This document shows, piece by piece, positions 38,006-51,400 of a stretch of 64,000 bases of DNA. The translations under genes and the position numbers were made by a program. Positions within the stretch are counted from its first letter, which is position 1; the number at the start of each line of letters is the position of its first letter. The notes beneath the pieces are model-generated. The model did not search any database, was not told where the DNA came from, and worked only from the letters and a program-made list of their open reading frames with translations. The stretch comes from Laetmonice hystrix (taxonomy: Eukaryota), in the NCBI GenBank assembly GCA_965235115.1, contig OZ249436.1, positions 4,652,001 to 4,716,000 of the forward strand, given 5' to 3'.

Positions 38006-38667
38006 CATTCCTGACACAAGATGGCGGCCTTTTATTCAAGGCAAAGTCGTGCACCTCCCTGGATATAATATCCCGCTCACAACTCTACAAATTCGCTTCG
38101 CCTGGGAGTGATTTGTTATGGAATGTAATAAATAACCGTGAGCGAAGCAAAGAGAGTGCAGACTCTGTAATTGAGCGATAATAAGAGTAGAATTATATCG
38201 CCACTGTCGTGAATAATAATGGTTACGTGCTGTGCCACTGTCGGACTGCAACATAAAGTAACTCTGAAAGGCCAGGCGACAGTGTTGACTGTAAATACAT
38301 GTTCGAAAGGAAATATCCATATCGCCGAAATGAATCATACGAAACTGCATGGACGAGGCAACTGGGCATGGTCAGCAGGCCTAATTCTATGAACGGATTG
38401 GATTAGGCAAGATATCCCATTAGTTGACTAAGGTTATTCTAGGATTGAACTAAAACTCTGAATGAGTCGTGGAGACGTCCTTCGTTTGCCTTTCAAACGT
38501 CATCATTATATAAATGCCTTACAAATAAAGAGCGAGGATTGACATCAGTAGGCCTATCTACTACTCACAAGGTTGTGTACATTATCAGTGCATTATAAAC
38601 ATTCTCAACAATTATGTTAATCAGGGTCTGTGGTGTAATGTTAATGTAATTTGAAAGCAACGTTTAA

Positions 38668-39012
38668 AGGGAATAGAAAAGTTCAAACTATCAATATAAG
38701 GGTGTTCAGCATGAACAAGCTTGTTCTTACCTACAATTCTGTGATTATCTGATCTTTAATAAAGGAATAATCAACCGAAATGTAGAGACATTCTCCCGCT
38801 GTCTTCGTCCGTTTGTTTACCCTATTCGGCCCTTATCTCAATCTATTAATAGATATAGCTCCCGCTCCTCGCGTGGGAAATAGCGAATGACCCGGGCGGT
38901 ATTTTTAAAAAGTCGCCGTTGACAGTGTTCCACTTATCGGTGTGACCTTAGACACTTTATATGGTGTTACTGGTGTTCAAAGGTACGTTAGTTAGGAACT
39001 TTTCTATTCCCT
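38668..39012. mobile_element. Kolobok-like element, family C (345 bp), downstream of GPCR stop
   Basis: TTAA TSDs and perfect 17-bp TIR AGGGAATAGAAAAGTTC. Confidence 0.85.
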
Positions 39013-39633
39013 TTAAGGTCTCACGAACATTGTTGCCAGTGTAATAAGAATGGTGTTATAATAATCAATATTATTCAATTACTTTAATATAATAAAAGAT
39101 ATTACTTCGAGTAGGCCTACTACGAGTTCTGCTCAAGGACATCCTCACATAATATAGTGAAGAGGAAGAAGTGAAGTATAGAGAGAAGAAGTGCTGTGAC
39201 ATATAGTATCGAATACTACGCTACACTTCAGACGGCGAAAGGGCTCGGGCAACCAATGATTCATTGTATACTGGCTACCTTTTGGTTATCATATCATGTC
39301 ATTAGCCTGAGAAGGAATTAATCAAAAGATTTTAAAAAGGCCTTTACACAGCTATCTCTCTATCAAGTAAGCCTACATACACGGTTCAGTTAAACTGTAT
39401 TTCATTTATAAAAAATGCATTGGAGACTAATCACATAAAAAATGCCTTACGAATAAAGACTGGAATATTGGAACTTCCTCATCATGAGTATGTATCTGTA
39501 TGCTACAATTTAGGTCGATGCTGAAATATTATAAAACAACTGATAGATCCGGCATTCCGTAGCCTATTTGTTGTTTTTGCTTTTTCAGGTTGAAGGAATT
39601 ACATTCTGTTTTACAACTTGCTGATCTGTCCCT

Positions 39634-39724
39634 GGCCAGTTGCACTATGATGACTCCCCGTTCGTTAAAATTCTCATTGAAAATACATGGGGAAATTAAC
39701 GAACGGAGAGTCATGCAACTGGCC
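39634..39724. repeat. Inverted repeat/hairpin
   Basis: ggccagttgca..atgactccccgttcgttaa / ttaacgaacggagagtcat..gcaactggcc. Confidence 0.75.
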
Positions 39725-41292
39725 CGTAGATTGAAGTATCCCCGACAGACTCGAAGGAAGTCTCACATATTTGACAAAATACGTAATGCCTCGCTGGCCA
39801 TAGCGTTAACTAGACATACTTGTCATATTGGCTACCTATGCTGTGTCATCACGTGATGTAAACATGAGCATGTAGCCTACAGCCGAATGAACCGCTCAAC
39901 TTGGTATGTCTGTTAATCTGTAGATTTACCGACGTTAGGGTCTATAGAGATGTTGCTACGAATGGTGGAATGGTGGAGCGTAGGCTTTTACAACGGTGAA
40001 GCAGAATACCACAGCGCCCTCTATGTGCCACTGAGATGCAGGGCGGCTCGGCGGTATCTGTGCGGCAATAAAATGTGGGGATTGCGACCGAATCTGCCCG
40101 GGCATGAGTTTTGTCTCATTTTCTTGTTTCTTTAATACCAAATTCGTAATTAATTCGGGGCGCTGCGGTTTGATGTCACAAAAAAATGGGCTACTTGCAT
40201 ATACACTCCACCATTCTTGATGAAAGTATTTCCCTAGATCGGCTCCTTAAAGGCGCTCCTTGGGATGTACCAAATTGCCGAATTCAGACATAATATTTAC
40301 CTTGCATGTGTCTCAGGGTGGTCCATATAAGTACTTACGTACGTACTTACATTTGTGACATCCGACTTAACTCCAGTTCGTATGCAGTCTTCTCGGAGCC
40401 ATTTCAGTCCAAAACAAACCTGACGCGCATGCGCAGTGGTCAGTCTAGGTATCCCGTCATTAAACACACGCCACGTGCTTTCAGTGGGCAGGCCCTTTAA
40501 GAGACAAGGCGCGGTGGAAAATTGTCTGACTCTCGTGGAAATAGTTACGGCATACGATAGTGCCGATAGTTTTTAATGTGTCTAAACTATCTAGAAACAA
40601 TACTCTTTGGAAAAGCCACTTTTGTGGTGGGGGTAGACCTAATGAGCCCCTTTAAGAGACTTCCCTGTCATTTCCTTGATCATCTCCCATATATTATATC
40701 TGGAATTAATGGTAGAAGTCAGGCATTCTGGTACATCAACCCATCATGACTTATACTGAGGGCGGACCACCGTACAATCAGTAAGAACACCTCTTTTACA
40801 TACGCCAGAGATAGAGACGGATGAGAGACACAGACAAAGGACGGCGTCGGCTATCTTTCCTCTGAGGGAATGCGTCCCGAGGACAACATTTTAATGGATC
40901 TACTCAAGTGCCGTGGTTTCTGATATGCACGATTGTTCAGCCACCCGAGGGTAAACGTCGACTGTGTAGTCTTCTATGGATGCGCTAAGCAGACAATCCC
41001 TTATAGCCTGCGATTTCCCCTCGCTGTTCCCTGCCCAGTTTTAAACGTCCCCCTGTATGAATGCGATAACAGGGAGCCAACCGACGGACAGCCGCAGCGT
41101 TAGCTCAGAATAAATCCAGGAGAAAATACAGCAAAGGTAATACCATAAACAAGCTTGATGCAGCCCGAGCCGAATCTTCCGCCGTTCGTGGCAGTAATGG
41201 CGAAGGTTCCTATATTTTGGAGGTTTATTTTAAGCCTGAGACCAGCCAGGTGTCGCGGGGCGATTGTCAAGACAACCTCCCGGGTAGATTAA

Positions 41293-41695
41293 AGACCGAC
41301 ATGCACTATAAAAGGTAAGGGTGACGCCCACCAGCTCATTTGGCTCCCAGACATCGCCGAGCGAAGAACTTCGATGGTTTTTGGCAATAACGGGCGATAT
41401 CCATCGCATTCGCGTGCCCAAACTGCAAAATCGTCAGAGGGCATCCCAGTATAGATCTACCTACAGTGTCGAGGCCAGCAATCGATTTGATTTGAAAATC
41501 TTGGTGCGATGACCCCTGCTCTATGTATTCGCCTGTCAATCATCCGTGACTGGCTATAAATAATTTCTAGCCCATTGATTGGAACCTGGCCTGGCAAAAG
41601 ATCACGTGGGTGGCATGCCCGCCGTTTTTCGACTGGCTGGGCGCGGGCGCCTGGTACCACATTAGCATTTGCCGGGTGGCACTCCATGTCGGTCT
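41293..41695. mobile_element. Kolobok-like element, family D (403 bp)
   Basis: TTAA TSDs and 11-bp TIR AGACCGACATG / CATGTCGGTCT. Confidence 0.75.
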
Positions 41696-41850
41696 TTAAG
41701 ACTCATGGCCAGTAGAACGACCAAATGGAGATGTCCAGGAGCATGCGAGGGGCTGCTAACGGGAGCGGGTTGGAGAATTAATGACTTAATGAATTGTGTC
41801 GGCGATAGCGCTGCATGGTTCAGTGTCTAGTTTCCGTCGTCACCCGTTAA

Positions 41851-42357
41851 AAGAATCATGGCACCGATTTCATATAGATTTTACAAATTGGCGAAAATAC
41901 TGCTTGTATAGTCTGGTAATTATGTTCCATAGCACTGCCTACTTGCCTGATTGGATTTCGTGAATATTTAAAAACCAGCAATTTGGAATGACGCGCGTCT
42001 TTTTCGAGACCTGCAGCCCACCTACGCGATAGAGTTTTGGCCGGGCGACCTTTACACCCTTTTCACAGAACGCGAGTCTATAGCCGCAATCACGTGATCA
42101 TCTCACCCGTTGCAACGCTATGTCTGCAGGTCAGACATTCCCGATGGCGGAAGGCAGCGTTGTTTTTGAGTGTTCTCACAAGAAATGTGAAATGTGAAGG
42201 TGACAGTGCATTTCGCTGCTGTATATTTACAATACATAATGTATATTAAACCTAGGAAGTATCCTCGGGACAGAAGGTGCATAGATTTTGACGACGTAAG
42301 CGTGAAACCAGGCCGTACTGACTTCCCGGAACGCTCAACCAGGGTGCCATGATTCCT
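41851..42357 (-). mobile_element. Kolobok-like element, family A (copy 2, inverted)
   Basis: TTAA TSDs; termini AAGAATCATGGCACC / GGTGCCATGATTCCT; reverse-complement homologue of 5596-6120. Confidence 0.85.
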
Positions 42358-43149
42358 TTAAGCCTAGTTCCCACGTATCCAAGAACTGCCACGATGTTTG
42401 AGACGAACTAGAGATCGGTCAGGTAAAACTGGCGGCATCCGCAATTCCCGAAGTAGAACTAACTGTTGAACGGAATTGCCGATACCACCAATTTTAAATA
42501 GAGGTACTGAGATGAGAGAAGATATAAATCTTATAATATTTGAATAACAACCGAAATCAGCGCGTGATCTTGTGGGTAAGTGTGTTAGCTGGGTGAATTG
42601 GTGAGTGAAAACGGTAAAATATAGCGATAAGTTGTCAAAAAAAAGTAGTGTCAACCTGGTACTACTTTCATTGTAACGTAGGCTGTTCTTCCAGTCAACC
42701 CCCTGGGTAGCAGCGAAGCGGAGAACTGCCCTAGCCAGGGGTGCATCGGCGTAAAAATCGTGAAGGTGGGAAAGGGGCTTTAGTAATCATTGTTGGTGCC
42801 GGTTGCTTTCAGATCATACCCAAAACACCTATACATGAAGCTTTTTGATTGGTTACGACACCGTCAGTCTGTGATTATTCGTTCAATACACGTCATCCAA
42901 TAGGTTAGTTAAAAGTATAGTACTTTTATCAGTGTAACCCAATGCAAATGTACCATCAGCAGGCCTATATAAAGTAAAGAGTCCAGGTGATTCCGAAAAT
43001 ACATGGGTGTCGTTGGCCCCATTACAATGAGTGTCAACGAAAATAGCCTAAAACGTGCGCACATACAAATACCATGTGAAACACTTCGGCAAATATATCG
43101 CAATATGTTTTCCAATTTTTTTTACTATCGTCTACCATAAAACTTTGGC

Positions 43150-44110
43150 GCCGGTCGGCTTAGTGGATACGGCCCTTCACTGCCGGTCGATTTAGTGGAT
43201 CCGGCCCTTCACTGCCGGTCGGCTTAGTGGATACGGCCCTTCACTGCCGGTCGGCCTAGTGGATACGGCCCTTCACTGCCGGTCGGCTTAGTGGATACGG
43301 CCCTTCACTGCCGGTCGGCCTAGTGGATCCGGCCCTTCACTGCCGGTAGGCTTAGTGGATACGGCCCTTCACTGCCAGTCGGCTTAGTGGATCCGGCCCT
43401 TCACTGCCGGTCGGCTTAGTGGATCCGGCCCTTCACTGCCGGTCGGCTTAGGGGATCCGGCCCTTCACTGCCGGTCGGCTTAGTGGATCCGGCCCTTCAC
43501 TGCCGGTCGGCTTAGTGGATCCGGCCCTTCACTGCCGGTCGGCTTAGTGGATACGGCCCTTCACTGCCGGTCGGCTTAGTGGATACGGCCCTTCACTGCC
43601 GGTCGGTTTAGTGGATACGGCCCTTCACTGCCGGTCGGCTTAGTGGATCCGGCCCTTCACTGCCGGTCGGCTTAGTGGATACGGCCCTTCACTGCCGGTC
43701 GGCCTAGTGGATCCGGCCCTTCACTGCCGGTCGGCCTAGTGGATCCGGCCCTTCACTGCCGGTCGGCTTAGTGGATCCGGTCCTTCACTGCCGGTCGGCT
43801 TAGTGGATCCGGCCCTTCACTGCCGGTCGGCTTAGTGGATCCGGTCCTTCACTGCCGGTCGGTTTAGTGGATCCGGCCCTTCACTGCCGGTCGGCTTAGT
43901 GGATCCGGCCCTTCACTGCCGGTCGGCTTAGTGGATACGGCCCTTCACTGCCGGTCGGCTTAGTGGATCCGGTCCTTCACTGCCGGTCGGCTTAGTGGAT
44001 CCGGCCCTTCACTGCCGGTCGGCTTAGTGGATACGGCCCTTCACTGCCGGTCGGCTTAGTGGATCCGGCCCTTCACTGCCGGTCGGCTTAGTGGATACGG
44101 CCCTTTACTG
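43150..44110 (+). repeat. 32-bp minisatellite, 30 copies
   Basis: Unit gccggtcggcttagtggat(a/c)cggcccttcact. Confidence 0.97.
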
Positions 44111-44737
44111 CGCCGACCACAACGTTTGCCGACGTCTTTCTGACATTCCGTTGTCACGAAGCTGGTGTCGTTTCCAAGGTCAGGAACCACTCGACGAGTT
44201 ACACCCGAATCCTGAGCTCGAGAGAAAACAGTAGAATCTCACTATACTTGATGGATGCTGCCATTGAATCTTTCCCCTGCCACACGCCAGCCCCTCAACC
44301 AATCATGTGGCGTTTCTTAACCGAAGCCGGAAAGTCCGTGACGTCACTGGGGTCAGAAAACGTGGTCATAACATAACGAAGCGGCTCGGGCTCACTTGTC
44401 AACCTTATCTGGTTATAAAAACAGCTAACTAAAAACTTTATCTCCTGAACAAATTACGTCCTTACCTCACTGACTCGTTCAACTACTGGACAAATTGCAA
44501 CGCATTCAAAACCGAGGACTTAACTCTGCCCATAGATATCCACCGACAGGCCAGACTTAATCTTCTAAAAGACAGGACAGTCCGGGCAGTTTTGAAAAAC
44601 GGTTCCCCATATACAACATGTATGTACCGAAAATTTCCCAGTATACATAAAAGAATGAAACAAAACACCAGTGCATTCTCAATGCCATGACCAATGAAGC
44701 CATGTATGAGGGAATATTCGACAAAGTACCCATTTAA

Positions 44738-45259
44738 AGGGGCATGCTATGGAACACGTTTTTGAGGATTTCCGGCAATTATCCAAAATGACCGTGTACT
44801 AGGGATCCAAGTAAATAATCCTACCACAGCATTTTGTCCTCCGACGTGTTTTTGCTGCGTATGCAGCACAAGTAGGTTCTATACGACCAAACCTATAGAT
44901 TTCTCCCGATAGCACATCTCCCGCCATAATTTGGTAGACAACCTATCATCAACCCGTGTATTTGCATACTGCGTCACCTCCTGCGTGTGCACTCTCTGCA
45001 TGTGCTTGTTCACGTGCTTCGTTTAGTTGTAGACAATTCATCAGTTGCACTCGATCGTCTGGCATCAGAATGCCACCCCCAAAAAAAATTTTACGAAATC
45101 GGCAGAGAAGCGGGCAAGGGAGCTTCATAAACTTCGATTTCTCACGCAAAATGAACCTGATAAGTCTGTCTTTGTTTACCAAGCAATTTTAATGAAGGAT
45201 CTCTTTATGAAAACAGCAAAAGTTCTTTAAAATACAGATTTTTCACATTTCCTCATAAT
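44738..45259 (+). mobile_element. Kolobok-like element, family B (copy 2, last few bp of right TIR lost)
   Basis: Starts TTAA-AGGGGCATGC; colinear with the other two copies. Confidence 0.85.
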
Positions 45260-45440
45260 GTATTTTATGTCTCACTACAGCCCTTTTCCATAAAGAAAGC
45301 AAACTTTGAGATCTCCAACAAATATATACTCCTAGCTCTATAGTGTTTCAAGGAAATTTGGGATAAACCTGACCAGCTCTATGCCCCACACGGGCCATAG
45401 AGCTGACCGACAGGTGGGAGGGGAAATGGTTATTTATTCC

Positions 45441-48400
45441 GGGTTCACCTGTGAGAACAGTGTGGGATCAGGTGAGCTGTGGATGACAGGTTCACCTGTG
45501 AGAACAGTGTGGGATCAGGTAAGCTGTGGATGACAGGTTCACCTGTGAGAACAGTGTGGGATCAGGTGAGCTGTGGATGACAGGTTCACCTATGAGAACA
45601 GTGTGTGATCAGGTGAGCTGTGGATGACAGGTTCACCTATGAGAACAGTGTGGTATCAGGTGAGCTGTGGATGACAGGTTCACCTATGAGAACAGTGTGG
45701 TATCAGGTGAGCTGTGGATGACAGGTTCACCTATGAGAACAGTGTGGTATCAGGTGAGCTGTGGATGACAGGTTCACCTATGAGAACAGTGTGTGATCAG
45801 GTGAGCTGTGGATGACAGGTTCACCTATGAGAACAGTGTGGGATCAGGTGAGCTGTGGATGACAGGTTCACCTATGAGAACAGTGTGGTATCAGGTAAGC
45901 TGTGGATGACAGGTTCACCTATGAGAAGTACAGTGTGGGATCAGGTGAGCTGTGGATGACAGGTTCATCTATGAGAACAGTGTGGGATCAGGTGAGCTGT
46001 AAATGACAGGTTCACCTATAAGAACAGTGTGGGATCAGGTGAGCTGTGGATGACAGGTTCACCTATGAGAACAGTGTGGGATCAGGTGAGCTGTGGATGA
46101 CAGGTTCACCTATGAGAACAGTGTGGGATCAGGTAAGCTGTGGATGACAGGTTCACCTATGAGAACAGTGTGGGATCAGGTGAGCTGTGGATGACAGGTT
46201 CACCTATGAGAACAGTGTGGGATCAGGTGAGCTGTGGATGACAGGTTCACCTATGAGAAGTACAGTGCGGTATCAGGTAAGCTGTGGATGACAGGTTCAC
46301 CTATGAGAAGTACAGTGTGGGATCAGTGAGCTGTGGATGACAGGTTCACCTATGAGAAGTACAGTGTGGGATCAGGTGAGCTGTGGATGACAGGTTCACC
46401 TATGAGAAGTACAGTGTGTGATCAGGTGAGCTGTGGATGACAGGTTCACCTATGAGAACAGTGCTGGATCAGGTGAGCTGTGGATGACAGGTTCACCTAT
46501 GAGAAGTACAGTGTGGTATCAGGTGAGCTGTGGATGACAGGTTCACCTATGAGAAGTACAGTGTGGGATCAGGTGAGCTGTGGATGACAGGTTCACCTAT
46601 GAGAACAGTGTGGGATCAGGTGAGCTGTGGATGACAGGTTCACCTATGAGAAGTACAGTGTGGGATCAGGTGAGCTGTGGATGACAGGTTCACCTATGAG
46701 AACAGTGTGTGATCAGGTGAGCTGTGGATGACAGGTTCACCTATGAGAAGTACAGTGTGTGATCAGGTGAGCTGTGGATGACAGGTTCACCTATGAGAAC
46801 AGTGTGGGATCAGGTGAGCTGTGGATGACAGGTTCACCTATGAGAAGTACAGTGTGGGATCAGGTGAGCTGTGGATGACAGGTTCACCTATGAGAACAGT
46901 GTGGGATCAGGTGAGCTGTGGATGACAGGTTCACCTATGAGAACAGTGTGGGATCAGGTGAGCTGTGGATGACAGGTTCACCTATGAGAACAGTGTGTGA
47001 TCAGGTGAGCTGTGGATGACAGGTTCACCTATGAGAACAGTGTGGGATCAGGTGAGCTGTGGATGACAGGTTCACCTATGAGAACAGTGTGGGATCAGGT
47101 AAGCTGTGGATGACAGGTTCACCTATGAGAAGTACAGTGTGGGATCAGGTGAGCTGTGGATGACAGGTTCACCTATGAGAACAGTGTGGGATCAGGTGAG
47201 CTGTGGATGACAGGTTCACCTATGAGAAGTACAGTGTGGGATCAGGTGAGCTGTGGATGACAGGTTCACCTATGAGAAGTACAGTGTGGGATCAGGTGAG
47301 CTGTGGATGACAGGTTCACCTATGAGAACAGTGTGGGATCAGGTGAGCTGTGGATGACAGGTTCACCTATGAGAACAGTGTGGGATCAGGTGAGCTGTGG
47401 ATGACAGGTTCACCTATGAGAACAGTGTGGGATCAGGTGAGCTGTGGATGACAGGTTCACCTATGAGAACAGTGTGGGATCAGGTGAGCTGTGGATGACA
47501 GGTTCACCTATGAGAAGTACAGTGTGGGATCAGGTAAGCTGTGGATGACAGGTTCACCTATGAGAACAGTGTGGGATCAGGTGAGCTGTGGATGACAGGT
47601 TCACCTATGAGAAGTACAGTGTGGGATCAGGTGAGCTGTGGATGACAGGTTCACCTATGAGAACAGTGTGGGATCAGGTGAGCTGTGGATGACAGGTTCA
47701 CCTATGAGAACAGTGTGGGATCAGGTGAGCTGTGGATGACAGGTTCACCTATGAGAACAGTGTGGGATCAGGTGAGCTGTGGATGACAGGTTCACCTATG
47801 AGAACAGTGTGGGATCAGGTGAGCTGTGGATGACAGGTTCACCTATGAGAAGTACAGTGTGGGATCAGGTGAGCTGTGGATGACAGGTTCACCTATGAGA
47901 AGTACAGTGTGGGATCAGGTGAGCTGTGGATGACAGGTTCACCTATGAGAAGTACAGTGTGGGATCAGGTGAGCTGTGGATGACAGGTTCACCTATGAGA
48001 ACAGTGTGGGATCAGGTGAGCTGTGGATGACAGGTTCACCTATGAGAAGTACAGTGTGGGATCAGGTAAGCTGTGGATGACAGGTTCACCTATGAGAACA
48101 GTGTGTGATCAGGTGAGCTGTGGATGACAGGTTCACCTATGAGAACAGTGTGTGATCAGGTGAGCTGTGGATGACAGGTTCACCTATGAGAACAGTGTGT
48201 GATCAGGTGAGCTGTGGATGACAGGTTCACCTATGAGAACAGTGTGGGATCAGGTGAGCTGTGGATGACAGGTTCACCTATGAGAACAGTGTGGGATCAG
48301 GTGAGCTGTGGATGACAGATTCACCTATGAGAACAGTGTGTGATCAGGTGAGCTGTGGATGACAGGTTCACCTATGAGAAGTACAGTGTGGGATCAGGTG

Positions 48401-51400
48401 AGCTGTGGATGACAGGTTCACCTATGAGAAGTACAGTGTGGGATCAGGTGAGCTGTGGATGACAGGTTCACCTATGAGAAGTACAGTGTGGGATCAGGTA
48501 AGCTGTGGATGACAGGTTCACCTATGAGAACAGTGTGTGATCAGGTGAGCTGTGGATGACAGGTTCACCTATGAGAAGTACAGTGTGGGATCAGGTAAGC
48601 TGTGGATGACAGGTTCACCTATGAGAACAGTGTGTGATCAGGTGAGCTGTGGATGACAGGTTCACCTATGAGAAGTACAGTGTGTGATCAGGTGAGCTGT
48701 GGATGACAGGTTCACCTATGAGAACAGTGTGGGATCAGGTGAGCTGTGGATGACAGGTTCACCTATGAGAAGTACAGTGCGGTATCAGGTAAGCTGTGGA
48801 TGACAGGTTCACCTATGAGAAGTACAGTGTGGGATCAGTGAGCTGTGGATGACAGGTTCACCTATGAGAAGTACAGTGTGGGATCAGGTGAGCTGTGGAT
48901 GACAGGTTCACCTATGAGAACAGTGTGGGATCAGGTGAGCTGTGGATGACAGGTTCACCTATGAGAAGTACAGTGCGGTATTAGGTAAGCTGTGGATGAC
49001 AGGTTCACCTATGAGAACAGTGTGGGATCAGGTGAGCTGTGGATGACAGGTTCACCTATGAGAAGTACAGTGTGGGATCAGGTAAGCTGTGGATGACAGG
49101 TTCACCTATGAGAACAGTGTGTGATCAGGTGAGCTGTGGATGACAGGTTCACCTATGAGAACAGTGTGTGATCAGGTGAGCTGTGGATGACAGGTTCACC
49201 TATGAGAACAGTGTGTGATCAGGTGAGCTGTGGATGACAGGTTCACCTATGAGAACAGTGTGGGATCAGGTGAGCTGTGGATGACAGGTTCACCTATGAG
49301 AACAGTGTGGGATCAGGTGAGCTGTGGATGACAGGTTCACCTATGAGAACAGTGTGTGATCAGGTGAGCTGTGGATGACAGGTTCACCTATGAGAAGTAC
49401 AGTGTGGGATCAGGTGAGCTGTGGATGACAGGTTCACCTATGAGAAGTACAGTGTGGGATCAGGTGAGCTGTGGATGACAGGTTCACCTATGAGAAGTAC
49501 AGTGTGGGATCAGGTAAGCTGTGGATGACAGGTTCACCTATGAGAACAGTGTGTGATCAGGTGAGCTGTGGATGACAGGTTCACCTATGAGAAGTACAGT
49601 GTGGGATCAGGTAAGCTGTGGATGACAGGTTCACCTATGAGAACAGTGTGTGATCAGGTGAGCTGTGGATGACAGGTTCACCTATGAGAAGTACAGTGTG
49701 TGATCAGGTGAGCTGTGGATGACAGGTTCACCTATGAGAACAGTGTGGGATCAGGTGAGCTGTGGATGACAGGTTCACCTATGAGAAGTACAGTGCGGTA
49801 TCAGGTAAGCTGTGGATGACAGGTTCACCTATGAGAAGTACAGTGTGGGATCAGTGAGCTGTGGATGACAGGTTCACCTATGAGAAGTACAGTGTGGGAT
49901 CAGGTGAGCTGTGGATGACAGGTTCACCTATGAGAACAGTGTGGGATCAGGTGAGCTGTGGATGACAGGTTCACCTATGAGAAGTACAGTGCGGTATCAG
50001 GTAAGCTGTGGATGACAGGTTCACCTATGAGAAGTACAGTGTGGGATCAGTGAGCTGTGGATGACAGGTTCACCTATGAGAAGTACAGTGTGGGATCAGG
50101 TGAGCTGTGGATGACAGGTTCACCTATGAGAACAGTGCTGGATCAGGTAAGCTGTGGATGACAGGTTCACCTATGAGAAGTACAGTGTGGTATCAGGTGA
50201 GCTGTGGATGACAGGTTCACCTATGAGAAGTACAGTGTGGGATCAGGTGAGCTGTGGATGACAGGTTCACCTATGAGAAGTACAGTGTGGGATCAGGTAA
50301 GCTGTGGATGACAGGTTCACCTATGAGAACAGTGTGTGATCAGGTGAGCTGTGGATGACAGGTTCACCTATGAGAAGTACAGTGTGTGATCAGGTGAGCT
50401 GTGGATGACAGGTTCACCTATGAGAACAGTGTGGGATCAGGTGAGCTGTGGATGACAGGTTCACCTATGAGAAGTACAGTGTGGGATCAGGTAAGCTGTG
50501 GATGACAGGTTCACCTATGAGAACAGTGTGTGATCAGGTGAGCTGTGGATGACAGGTTCACCTATGAGAACAGTGTGTGATCAGGTGAGCTGTGGATGAC
50601 AGGTTCACCTATGAGAACAGTGTGTGATCAGGTGAGCTGTGGATGACAGGTTCACCTATGAGAACAGTGTGGGATCAGGTGAGCTGTGGATGACAGGTTC
50701 ACCTATGAGAACAGTGTGGGATCAGGTGAGCTGTGGATGACAGGTTCACCTATGAGAACAGTGTGTGATCAGGTGAGCTGTGGATGACAGGTTCACCTAT
50801 GAGAAGTACAGTGTGGGATCAGGTGAGCTGTGGATGACAGGTTCACCTATGAGAAGTACAGTGTGGGATCAGGTGAGCTGTGGATGACAGGTTCACCTAT
50901 GAGAAGTACAGTGTGGGATCAGGTAAGCTGTGGATGACAGGTTCACCTATGAGAACAGTGTGTGATCAGGTGAGCTGTGGATGACAGGTTCACCTATGAG
51001 AAGTACAGTGTGGGATCAGGTAAGCTGTGGATGACAGGTTCACCTATGAGAACAGTGTGTGATCAGGTGAGCTGTGGATGACAGGTTCACCTATGAGAAG
51101 TACAGTGTGTGATCAGGTGAGCTGTGGATGACAGGTTCACCTATGAGAACAGTGTGGGATCAGGTGAGCTGTGGATGACAGGTTCACCTATGAGAAGTAC
51201 AGTGCGGTATCAGGTAAGCTGTGGATGACAGGTTCACCTATGAGAAGTACAGTGTGGGATCAGTGAGCTGTGGATGACAGGTTCACCTATGAGAAGTACA
51301 GTGTGGGATCAGGTGAGCTGTGGATGACAGGTTCACCTATGAGAACAGTGTGGGATCAGGTGAGCTGTGGATGACAGGTTCACCTATGAGAAGTACAGTG

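Noticed and set aside
40247..40500. Possible fifth TTAA-flanked element
   Set aside because: The termini (AGGCGCTCC vs AGGGCCTGC) match too poorly to call.
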